Under the pieces are notes generated by a model that had not been told where the DNA came from, did not search any database, and worked only from the letters and a program-made list of their open reading frames with translations. A stretch of DNA of 64,000 nucleotides from Candidatus Sumerlaeales bacterium (lineage in GTDB: Bacteria > Sumerlaeota > Sumerlaeia > Sumerlaeales > Sumerlaeaceae), in NCBI GenBank assembly GCA_038243585.1, contig JBBSQY010000008.1, positions 30,896 to 94,895 on the forward strand, in the 5' to 3' direction. A program made the position numbers and the translations under genes. Positions 39,947-48,974 of this stretch are shown piece after piece. Positions within the stretch are counted from its first letter, which is position 1; each line of letters opens with the position of its first letter.

Positions 39947-39980
39947 AAAATTAGGGAGATTAGGGGCAGACACCATTTAA
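39947..39980 (-). repeat. REP-like half-site at right edge of defence island
   Basis: Minus strand reads ttaaatggtgtctgcccctaatctccctaattt, resembling tggtgcgcgtcccta at 57882-57896. Confidence 0.4.
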
Positions 39981-40119
39981 GTCGAATCCGCACCGCCCGC
40001 TTCAACTCAATAAGCCAGCTTTTCTAGCCTCTGCTTTTCCTTTGCGCTCTTTGCGCTACTGCGAAGCAGCAAGATCCAGCAAGCCGTCATCGACGGCCAG
40101 CCCTACCGCAAGACCGCCG

Positions 40120-41199
40120 TTATCCGAACCCGCTTCCGCCGATGCCTTTCATGCGTAGCTTCAGATCGTTTGCGCTGTCTGCGAACTTGAGCGCCATTTC
40201 GTCTGTAATCTCATGGGTCTGGGCCAGTTGCAGCAGGTGCATGTCGAAGGTCTGCATTCCCTCTCGTGCGCCTTTTTGCATGGCGGTTTTTAGTTCCTGT
40301 ACGGCCCCCTGCATGATGAGATCCTGCACGCGTGGGGTGTTTAGAAGAATTTCGACTGCCGCCGCACGTCCGCCGTCGGGCTTTGGGATCAGGCGCTGAC
40401 AGATGATCGCCCGCAGGTTCATGGCAAGCTGCATCAGCACCTGGCGTTCCTGCTCTGCCGGAAACAGATTCATGACGCGTTCGAGGGTTTGATTGGCGCT
40501 GTTGGTGTGCAGCGTGGCCAACACCAGATGACCGGTGTCGCTGGCGTGGATGGCGAATTTGGCTGTCTGGGCGTCGCGAATCTCGCCGATCAGGATGACC
40601 TTCGGTGCCTGTCGCAGGGCGCTTTTCAGAGCCTCGTCAAAGGTGACTGTGTCGATCCCAACCTCGCGCTGGCTAACGATGCAGCCCTTGTGTTCATGCA
40701 CGAATTCCACAGGGTCTTCAATGGTGACGATATGGCCGCTTGAGTTGATGTTTCGGTAGTCGATCATCGCCGCCAGCGTCGTGCTTTTGCCGCTTCCCGT
40801 TGCGCCCGTCACCAGGATGATGCCTCGCTCGTGCATGACTACTTCGTTCAGAATCGCCGGCAGGCCAAGCTCCGTCACGGACATGATATTGGGCCGGATC
40901 AGTCGCGCCACCAGGGCCATGGTGGACCGCTGGTGATAAAGATTTATCCGATAGCGCCAGTCGTCGACCTTGAAAGCGACGTTGATCTCGAGCTTCTCCT
41001 GCAGATCTCGAAACTGCGACTCGCTGAGAGCCTGGCGGCACAATGCCACCATGTTATCGGGTGACAGAGGTACCGTCCCTATCTGTTGGAGCGCGCCATT
41101 AACCAGGCAGCTGGGCATCGCGTCCGCGGCGAGGTATAAATCGCTGCCCTCAAGCTCTGCCAAGTGGCGCAAAAGTACGACGAGGTCATAATGTTCCAC
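40120..41199 (-). CDS. pilU: Type IV pilus retraction ATPase PilU
   Basis: GATGSGKSTTLA, TIEDPVEF, QREVG.DT, ALRQAP, TGHLVLATLH, GMQTFD. Confidence 0.9.
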   Translation of the reverse strand: MEHYDLVVLLRHLAELEGSDLYLAADAMPSCLVNGALQQIGTVPLSPDNMVALCRQALSESQFRDLQEKLEINVAFKVDDWRYRINLYHQRSTMALVARLIRPNIMSVTELGLPAILNEVVMHERGIILVTGATGSGKSTTLAAMIDYRNINSSGHIVTIEDPVEFVHEHKGCIVSQREVGIDTVTFDEALKSALRQAPKVILIGEIRDAQTAKFAIHASDTGHLVLATLHTNSANQTLERVMNLFPAEQERQVLMQLAMNLRAIICQRLIPKPDGGRAAAVEILLNTPRVQDLIMQGAVQELKTAMQKGAREGMQTFDMHLLQLAQTHEITDEMALKFADSANDLKLRMKGIGGSGFG

Positions 41200-41202
41200 G
41201 GG

Positions 41203-42477
41203 TTATTTCTTCTTTCCGTATATCTGCATCCAGTCTTCGTCACTTCCAGGACCCGGATCGGGGGGCGGGGCCTGATATGGAGCCGCGCCGCCTGAACCTG
41301 CGGGCGCCGGCGCCGGAGGCACATAAGCCGGGCGCTGAGGCTGGGGGGGTGGCGCGGACGCAGGGGGGCGCTGTTGCTGACCGCCCGCCGAACCGCCGCC
41401 CGAAGCCGCCATGTTGGGCTCTTCAGCGCCCTCTGCAAAGACGAACTTGTTGTTTGCCCGCTCCATGGCCGCATCCCGCGTGACCACGCCCTCCATCACA
41501 AACTCTTTCAGCTTCTGGTCGAGGCTCTGCATCCCGAATTTCGTGCTCACCTGAATGATGCTGGGAATCTGATGGGTTTTACCCTCTCGGATGAGCGAGC
41601 GCACGGCTACCGTGCCTGTCATCACCTCCATGGCGCATACCCGCCCTTTGCCGTCGCGCCGCGGCACCAGCGTCTGACAGACCACCGCCTGGAGGCTCTC
41701 CGCCAACATGATTCGCACCTGCTCTTGCTGGGTCGGCGGAAACACATCCACCAGACGATCGACCGTCTTTGGGGCGCTCGACGTATGTAAGGTCGCGAAG
41801 ACCAGATGTCCGGTTTCCGCCGCGGTCAGCGCCAGGCTGATCGTCTCAAGATCCCGAAGCTCGCCGACCAGGATCACATCCGGATCCTCTCGCAGGGCGC
41901 TGCGAAGCGCATTGGCGAAACTATGGGTGTGCGGCCCCACCTCGCGCTGATTGACCAGGCTCTGCTTGTGCTGATGAACAAACTCGATTGGATCTTCGAT
42001 TGTCAAAATGTGATGGCTGAAATTCTCGTTTATGTGATTGACCATCGCCGCCAGTGTCGTGCTTTTGCCGCTGCCTGTCGGTCCCGTCACCAGAATGAGG
42101 CCGCGCGGCAGCTTGCACAAGTCTTTTAGAATGGGCGGCATCTTTAGGTCGTCCAGCGTGCTGATCTTGGTGGGAATGACGCGAAAAACCGCCCCTTCGC
42201 CCCGACGGTTCACATAAACATTTGCGCGAAACCGGACATCGTCGCCAAATTCCAGGGCGAAATCCAGTTCCATGTCTCGCTCAAGTCGCTTTTTCTGGTC
42301 GTCTGTCAACAGACCATAGATTAATTCATGCAGCGTGTCGCGGTCCATCTCTGGCATGGCCATCGGATATATGGAACCATGGAGCCGCTGGGCGGGCGGG
42401 CTGCCGACGGCCATGTGGAGATCAGACGCGCCCTTGTCGCGGGTATCAAGAAGCAGATCGGCAAGATCGAGTTCCAT
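41203..42477 (-). CDS. pilT: Type IV pilus retraction ATPase PilT with Pro-rich C-terminal tail
   Basis: ASDLH, GPTGSGKSTTLA, ALREDPD, AAETGHLVFATLHT, AVRSLIRE. Confidence 0.95.
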   Translation of the reverse strand: MELDLADLLLDTRDKGASDLHMAVGSPPAQRLHGSIYPMAMPEMDRDTLHELIYGLLTDDQKKRLERDMELDFALEFGDDVRFRANVYVNRRGEGAVFRVIPTKISTLDDLKMPPILKDLCKLPRGLILVTGPTGSGKSTTLAAMVNHINENFSHHILTIEDPIEFVHQHKQSLVNQREVGPHTHSFANALRSALREDPDVILVGELRDLETISLALTAAETGHLVFATLHTSSAPKTVDRLVDVFPPTQQEQVRIMLAESLQAVVCQTLVPRRDGKGRVCAMEVMTGTVAVRSLIREGKTHQIPSIIQVSTKFGMQSLDQKLKEFVMEGVVTRDAAMERANNKFVFAEGAEEPNMAASGGGSAGGQQQRPPASAPPPQPQRPAYVPPAPAPAGSGGAAPYQAPPPDPGPGSDEDWMQIYGKKK

Positions 42478-43940
42478 TAGAGGTCACCTTCAATCATGTT
42501 TGAGTTTGCCGCGCCCGACCCGGCCCCGACATTCAGCCGCACCGACTGTGCCCCCTGGCGGGAGATCAACTCTTCGACATCCGGAGCCAGCGTGCCGGCC
42601 CCGCTCTCGTGACTCGGCAGCGGCGCGCAGACCAGCACGGCAGGCGGCGGGAAAGTGCTCGTGAGGAGGCGAACTGCCTCTCGATATTCTACAGGATGAT
42701 CGAAAATAACGCACGTCGCCGCCATCGCCTGAGCTGCAGTAACCATATTGGCAAAGGGCGCAGGATAAGCCTGGGCGTGGGGAAACACGCAGCGGGTCAC
42801 ATATTGCGCCACAACAAAACTGTGTTCGGACGCCTTTTCGTCCATTAAATAAGCCAGCGCCTGTTCCAGGGATTCGGAGGCGTCGTATAGCACTACCGTG
42901 TACTTGCCTGCCTGAAGATCCAGAATCATTGGCACGGCGGAAAACTCACCACCGGCGGCGGCGTCACTATCAGAAGAATCATCCAGGTGCGTCAGGGCTC
43001 GAATCAGCAGAACGGCGTCTTTGTGAACAATCGGCATGAGAATGAGGAAATCGAAACGGTGACCTCCATGTTTAACCGAATAAGACCAGCGCGCCGCCTG
43101 GTCACGGGTGTGCTCTAGCGGGGTGGCCCGCTGGAGAATCATGTCTCGAATGGCGGCGGCGGAACCACCCGGCCAGCGTCCGATTTCCGTATGTCCGACA
43201 TCCATGAGAGCGTCAGAATCCGGAGAGCTCGCGTCACCGGAATCGTGGGGTTGAGCAGCAGACGGGGTAAGGCAAACCTGCATCACGCCTCCCAGATCGC
43301 GGACCAGGACGTCCCGGTCTTTATGAGTCGCCGCCAGCCCCACCAGCCAGTCCGCGAACTCGGGTGAGGCTGGATCAGGCACTGACTTGAAAAACGGAAG
43401 CGTACGAGCCACTTCTGACGTCGCATGGGCCTCGCGCCTGGGTTCTGGCGGCTGGACCATGGCAGACCGTTGTCCCGCATCTGAATCCCGCGGGCGAACA
43501 CCATCCAGGCAACGGCGTATCTGCGCCGCGGCCCCAAGCTGCGGCGTTATGGTGAGATTTGGAAAACGCCTCGCCAGCTCCACGAGGCCCTCTTGGTTGT
43601 TCGGGTCAGATACCACCACAACTAGTTCCTGCTCCAGCTGGATAAGCGGCAACATCGTGTGTGCGCTCAACAAATCAAAATCAAATCGACTGACCAGATC
43701 AGCATCCACCATTGACGGCTGCAGCTCCATAGGTTTCAGCCCATACTGCTCACCAATGGCATACCCCAGCGCGTCCCGGCTGATATATCCAAGCGCCACA
43801 AGAGCCTCTCCCAACCGGACTCCGCGGCTGCGGGAAAAATCCAAAGCTTCGCCGACCTGCGCCTCAGAAAGGGCTCCCTTCTCAACAAGCAGCTCTCCAA
43901 GCGCCATATTACTAACTCGATCTAAAAACGAACCAGCCAT
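42477..43940 (-). CDS. MshEN/T2SSE_N-domain protein (PilB/GspE N-terminus) lacking an intact ATPase
   Basis: LGELLVEKGAL..RLGEALVALGYIS....AIGEQ; LPL...LVVVVSDP; no GxxGxGK[ST]. Confidence 0.78.
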   Translation of the reverse strand: MAGSFLDRVSNMALGELLVEKGALSEAQVGEALDFSRSRGVRLGEALVALGYISRDALGYAIGEQYGLKPMELQPSMVDADLVSRFDFDLLSAHTMLPLIQLEQELVVVVSDPNNQEGLVELARRFPNLTITPQLGAAAQIRRCLDGVRPRDSDAGQRSAMVQPPEPRREAHATSEVARTLPFFKSVPDPASPEFADWLVGLAATHKDRDVLVRDLGGVMQVCLTPSAAQPHDSGDASSPDSDALMDVGHTEIGRWPGGSAAAIRDMILQRATPLEHTRDQAARWSYSVKHGGHRFDFLILMPIVHKDAVLLIRALTHLDDSSDSDAAAGGEFSAVPMILDLQAGKYTVVLYDASESLEQALAYLMDEKASEHSFVVAQYVTRCVFPHAQAYPAPFANMVTAAQAMAATCVIFDHPVEYREAVRLLTSTFPPPAVLVCAPLPSHESGAGTLAPDVEELISRQGAQSVRLNVGAGSGAANSNMIEGDL

Positions 43941-44128
43941 GAAAAAAACCTTTCAAAAGGAATTATGCCGCAGGAATGAGAAGAGGATTGGAAGGCCTAA
44001 GGCAAAGAACAAGTGAGGACGCAAAATAGGTAATGATTGAAAGCAGGGTAATGCTCAGCGGTGAGAATGTGTGAGTCAAGTCCAATGGTTTTGCGCGTTG
44101 CTCCAAATTTATCAAGACTGAAGTTGAC

Positions 44129-46492
44129 ATGCAAATGAACTCTACAGAAGGTAGCAACGCAGCTAAGGCATCTGCACTATCTGCACAGAATCGTCTCATG
44201 AAAGGCACAATAGTAATTAGATTTTTAAAGGCCATAGGAACTATCAACAACAACTATTGGGTTGCGCTGGTTCTTCTGTGCTTTGCCATATTTATGCATG
44301 ATCCGCAGGGAACAATTTCTGACGATATGCGCGGCATCACAATAATGGAACATATATACACGAGTGGAGACTTTTCGCTCCGGCAGAACTCCAGTTCCAA
44401 GGTTGGGATAAATGAAATGGCGGGACGCGACGGGCGGATATTCTCGGCTTCGCTGCTGGGGCCTTCGTTGTGGTATTACCCGTTTTTTCTCGTCGGAAAG
44501 ACTTTTAACCTTGTTGCGCCATTACCGGCTGGAATGCGGCCGCGCTCGAATGTTGTGCAGAGTACTCCCGAATACGAGTTCGCCATGTCCAGAAATGGCC
44601 TCGGCGACTGGGCCCCTGTGTTTGCGCGGATGGGAAATGCTTTCCTTTTTCCTTTAATGTATTTTTTGCTATTTGGGTTGAGCAGATTACTTTTCTCAGA
44701 TGATCGGGCAAGTCACCTATATGCCATTGGAACACTGTTTGGAACGCAACAGCTTTTGCTCAACCATTCGAATTACGATCATGTTTTAAACGGGTTCGGG
44801 TTGATGCTTGCGCTGTATAGTGCCTTCCGGATCGCGGACAAGCCCAGCAAACAAATGGGATTTTTGTGTGGACTTGGCTTGTGCATTTCAATCACGACAC
44901 GCACTTTTTCCTTAGCTTATCTGCCACTGTTCTGCCTGTTTCTTCTCCCAATACTGATCCGCACCAGAAGAGTCGCACCGTTTGTGATTGCAGGTATCCC
45001 CATTATGGCCGGACTGGCAATTAACTTTTGGTATAATTGGATCCGCTCAGGCGCAATTCTGACCTCCGGATATGACGAGAAATGGATACAATTTACCAGC
45101 CTCACAAATGGGCTGTTTCGGTACCTATTTACCATTGATCATTCTGTAGTACTCCACTCACCGCTTTTGCTGCTGGGCATATATGAAGCAATAAGATCCA
45201 TAAGGTCCTTAAAGTGGGTATGGGTGTTTCCTATCTCATTAGCTTTTATCCACACGTTGTTTTATTTGAAGTGGCACTATCAAGGCGGAGTTTTAGTTCC
45301 CCTTCGCTTTTTCTCAGAGATTTTTTTTATACTGATGCTCCCCGTGTGTGGCCTGGTAAAACGCCGAAAACAATTATACGTATTCTGGACCTTGCTAATT
45401 ATCGGTTTCTTCAATTCCGTGGTACTGTCATTTATTGACTTCCGGCGAACGTCACCTGCTCCGGCTTCCTTTTTTACCTGGCGTTCTCCAATCATTCCCT
45501 CGCCTTGGTTCTCAACGTCGGCAGACACGCAAATCATGTTTTCCAGTCTGAAGGATGCCTGGGCCTATGGGTGGCCGGATTGGTTTGGACTGATGGTGGT
45601 GGGTTGGACAGGGGCAGTTGTTGCTCTTGCAATATTTTGCGCTACTGCTGTTTTATGTTGGGCTCAAAGGTCCTCTGCCGCCAAGTTCTACAAACCCGTT
45701 GAAACAGTTAGCCTGCTGGGATCAGCAGCCTTGGCTATTTTACTTATAGTCGCGGTGCCAGTAGCGCAAACCGACAAACACATTTCAGCGGCAGATGTTG
45801 AACTGCGCAACCTGGGAGTTGAGTACCATCGAAAAAACCTGATCATGGTAGGGGATTTTTCAGCTCGAAAGCCAATGTACCGCGCCTTCCAGATAAGGCT
45901 TACTAATCAGGCATTGCCTTGCTTGCAATATTGCTACGGCGACAACTTTAAGTTCGGTGCCGATTACTACAATACGTCAATCTTTCCGCCATTTCGAACC
46001 CGAAGTGATATGGCGAACTTTCGACAAACTGTGCCTTTGCCAAAACACTTCCCCCCCGGAAGATATAATGTTGAAATTGCTTTACCAGACGGTGAGGGGA
46101 CCGCATTTCTTGATCCCGTTGATATTCCCAATACTATAGAAATGACAAGAATAGAGTCTTTTATTTCTGCTGACCAATGGTTCCTATCTGCTACCTGCTA
46201 CTCTAAAAAAACAACTTTCCCAATCACGATAAAACCCAGCCAGACGGCGGCTATTTCATTAAAACTTCCGTCCGGAGCATCGGACCGGATAAAATTTAAG
46301 CTTTTTGTCAGCCCTGGCACTGGAACCCTCGAGCTTTCTACCAGTTTAGGTGATAGTCATAAAATAACATCGCCGTTTCCGGGATTCGAAACCTATCTAA
46401 AAGTCAATGACGACAGTCAACCTTTTATAATTCTATTACGCTGCATCAGTGGAGAATATGTATTTGCGGGAGCAAGTGTTGAACCTACTTAA
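44129..46492 (+). CDS. GT-C (PMT/ArnT-like) membrane glycosyltransferase with soluble C-terminal domain
   Basis: Many TMs; acidic SDD in first loop; YNWIRSG....GY, SPLLLL, RF motifs. Start may be 44198. Confidence 0.65.
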   Translation: MQMNSTEGSNAAKASALSAQNRLMKGTIVIRFLKAIGTINNNYWVALVLLCFAIFMHDPQGTISDDMRGITIMEHIYTSGDFSLRQNSSSKVGINEMAGRDGRIFSASLLGPSLWYYPFFLVGKTFNLVAPLPAGMRPRSNVVQSTPEYEFAMSRNGLGDWAPVFARMGNAFLFPLMYFLLFGLSRLLFSDDRASHLYAIGTLFGTQQLLLNHSNYDHVLNGFGLMLALYSAFRIADKPSKQMGFLCGLGLCISITTRTFSLAYLPLFCLFLLPILIRTRRVAPFVIAGIPIMAGLAINFWYNWIRSGAILTSGYDEKWIQFTSLTNGLFRYLFTIDHSVVLHSPLLLLGIYEAIRSIRSLKWVWVFPISLAFIHTLFYLKWHYQGGVLVPLRFFSEIFFILMLPVCGLVKRRKQLYVFWTLLIIGFFNSVVLSFIDFRRTSPAPASFFTWRSPIIPSPWFSTSADTQIMFSSLKDAWAYGWPDWFGLMVVGWTGAVVALAIFCATAVLCWAQRSSAAKFYKPVETVSLLGSAALAILLIVAVPVAQTDKHISAADVELRNLGVEYHRKNLIMVGDFSARKPMYRAFQIRLTNQALPCLQYCYGDNFKFGADYYNTSIFPPFRTRSDMANFRQTVPLPKHFPPGRYNVEIALPDGEGTAFLDPVDIPNTIEMTRIESFISADQWFLSATCYSKKTTFPITIKPSQTAAISLKLPSGASDRIKFKLFVSPGTGTLELSTSLGDSHKITSPFPGFETYLKVNDDSQPFIILLRCISGEYVFAGASVEPT

Positions 46493-48974
46493 GCACTACT
46501 TTTCAGACGCAGCCCGATTTCGCAAGCCGGTAAATAAGAGACAGGGTCTGCTGCTCTGGCTTTTCTCTTGTTTCTACGCAGCAATGCTTTTTCGTTATAC
46601 TTTCACATTCCCCATGGTTTTTGAGGATTATTATATAAACGCGAGATTAAGCAGTTTTGATTTCAGAACAATTCTCTCCTTTTTTGCCGAACCTCGATCC
46701 GCTTTCGGAACGTTTTATCGCCCAACAGGCGATTTTTCACAATGGCTCTTAACGAAAGTCTTTGGCTATGATCCGCTTGTACAGCACATTGTTCAATTTG
46801 GACTTACTTGCGCCGCATCAGGGCTAATGTTTCGTTTAATATTTTTAATTTCTCGAAATTTTGCGGTAAGTTTTTGGAGCAGTGTCTGGTTTATGGTTTC
46901 TGGTGTCCAGGCTCTCTACTACATGACCGGATGCACCTACGTTTTTGATAGATTATCTCTGGTCTTTACTTTAGCCGCGCTAGTATGTTCTGTTACCTGG
47001 TTGTGGGTACTTTCGCCTCTGTTTCTGTTCGCTGCCTTGACAACTAAGGAAACAGCCTTGGTCTTTCCAGGATTGCTTGTCGTTTTTTGGGCTGCAATGT
47101 CATGGGCCCATGGGGAAACTTTCTGGTCTCAGAAAAGACGACTAAGATTGTGCGCAATATCCGTAAGTACTATATTCCTTGCGTACTGCTTAATGAGATG
47201 GATCAGTGCTGGAGGTTTAAGTGGCGCAGGAGAAGGTCCGTATAACCTTACGCTTGACCCTGCAATCATTTTGCGCAATGCGAGCTATTATGGCGCTTAT
47301 TTAAGTGAGAATTTTATTTGGGCCTCGATTAAAGGTGGTTCATTTGAAGGATCACCTACTACTCCGCCCCAAAAGTGGTGGCTAACTCTTGCACTGATTC
47401 CTATCGCAATTATTGTAATATCTTTATTTCTTGCTGCTTTTAAAGGCGGAAGTTCCCATAAGAAAAAACTTGCTCCATTTTTCTTTGGCGCAGGGTTCTT
47501 AGCTGTATCAATCTTTCCGTTCCTATTTATAGAGCAGATATACCGTGCAATGCTTTATCTAGTCTATTTTGCCTCTGTCGGATCTTCTGTCCTTTTTGGG
47601 TGCTTTACAGCTGGTATAATCATGCTTTTATCACATAATTTCCTGCGCCGGCAGATATGGTTCCATACTTTTGCATTGCTTCTCGTTGCAATATTAATTG
47701 TTAAGTGGCAACCTCATGTAGTCCTTTCTAAGAACTGGTATCGTTCCCATTTAGAAATGGGAACGCAAGCGGTTCCTTATCTCCTGCAAAGTTTAACAGA
47801 ACGCGTACAGCATCTGGAAAAAAGAGACATCGCTGTTGTGGGCGCTACTAAAGGTCAGCAGATGGCTATTTATTTTTTACATATGTTTCAACCGCACCTG
47901 AACCGACCACAGACAGTTCGCCATGTAAGTTCGTTATCCTCATTAGATAACGTCGCTGGTACCGCAGTAGATAACACCAAGTTACTCGCTTTTGTGCCGC
48001 TTACCGATCGATTTGGCATTCTATCTGGCAACGGCGCAACAATACTTGCTGGGCAGGGAATTCTTAATGGCAATTTTGATGCGGACGCCGCTCACCTTGG
48101 CAACTGGCGGCCAGCAGGGTGGGTACCAGCAAGCCATCGGGCAGAGTTCCTTATGAAGAAGCGAGAATACGGCAAGACGGGAGTCAATCTACCCACTGTA
48201 CTTCCAGGAATGAATGATGGGATCCGACAGACGTGCCTTCTCGTACCTGGAAGTTATAAGTTAGCTTTTGCATGTGCCGCTGGTAATGGTGCTGTTGCTA
48301 CATTGGACATCAGGCAAGAAGTTCCAATGGATGTGCTAAAACGGGTTCAAATGACAAACAAGTTAGGTTTTACTTATAATGAGGTACTTTTTGACGCCGA
48401 GACCACGGGTCCCTACTCACTCGTATTTGGATCAACCGGTAGTAGTAACGGGTGGATTTCCGTTTCTGACGTAAGTTTAACTCGTAACGGAGAACCAACT
48501 TTAGACACACCGCCTAGCCGTCCGGAGCAGAATCTAATGATGCCATTGGCAGACATCAATTCGCTTGTTCATTTACCCACGGGATCTTATCTTCTAAAGG
48601 ATAATTCTACAACAGCATCAGCGGGCTGGCCAACAGTTTGGATCGACTGTAAATTTGTGGATGAGTTGACTAAGTACTGTATTACCGTTGATGGTCGAGG
48701 CCTCGAAAGTAGTTTCGTTCAAGTAATGGTAACTCCTGAATACGATGATCCTGACGCATATCAATTCAACGACGTTATTGTAATCCATTTACCGTTACAT
48801 AAGAGCTGGACGAAATCAAGGCAGACTTTCAGCGTTCTGCCTTGGTGTCGTAGGCTACGTTTGGATTTTGCACCGGTATTAGTCGACGAGGGAGTAAAGT
48901 CCACCGGTAGCGTTGAACTTCGTAACATAATGCTGCAAAAGCTGCCTATCAATATCGTCTCCGGTGCTCAATGA
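46449..48974 (+). CDS. GT-C-like membrane glycosyltransferase with CBM-like beta-sandwich C-terminus
   Basis: FEDY, FYRP, LTTKETA motifs; NGNFD...W jelly-roll start. Confidence 0.65.
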   Translation: MENMYLREQVLNLLKHYFSDAARFRKPVNKRQGLLLWLFSCFYAAMLFRYTFTFPMVFEDYYINARLSSFDFRTILSFFAEPRSAFGTFYRPTGDFSQWLLTKVFGYDPLVQHIVQFGLTCAASGLMFRLIFLISRNFAVSFWSSVWFMVSGVQALYYMTGCTYVFDRLSLVFTLAALVCSVTWLWVLSPLFLFAALTTKETALVFPGLLVVFWAAMSWAHGETFWSQKRRLRLCAISVSTIFLAYCLMRWISAGGLSGAGEGPYNLTLDPAIILRNASYYGAYLSENFIWASIKGGSFEGSPTTPPQKWWLTLALIPIAIIVISLFLAAFKGGSSHKKKLAPFFFGAGFLAVSIFPFLFIEQIYRAMLYLVYFASVGSSVLFGCFTAGIIMLLSHNFLRRQIWFHTFALLLVAILIVKWQPHVVLSKNWYRSHLEMGTQAVPYLLQSLTERVQHLEKRDIAVVGATKGQQMAIYFLHMFQPHLNRPQTVRHVSSLSSLDNVAGTAVDNTKLLAFVPLTDRFGILSGNGATILAGQGILNGNFDADAAHLGNWRPAGWVPASHRAEFLMKKREYGKTGVNLPTVLPGMNDGIRQTCLLVPGSYKLAFACAAGNGAVATLDIRQEVPMDVLKRVQMTNKLGFTYNEVLFDAETTGPYSLVFGSTGSSNGWISVSDVSLTRNGEPTLDTPPSRPEQNLMMPLADINSLVHLPTGSYLLKDNSTTASAGWPTVWIDCKFVDELTKYCITVDGRGLESSFVQVMVTPEYDDPDAYQFNDVIVIHLPLHKSWTKSRQTFSVLPWCRRLRLDFAPVLVDEGVKSTGSVELRNIMLQKLPINIVSGAQ

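Noticed and set aside
39981..40005. gtcgaatccgcaccgcccgcttca as a tRNA 3' remnant (att site)
   Set aside because: T-loop is imperfect, no pairing T-stem, no CCA, and no tRNA at the other island end.
41203..41235. PilT tail DWMQIY as another instance of the DWxxY sorting tail
   Set aside because: Cytoplasmic protein, different spacing (DWxxxY) and followed by GKKK.
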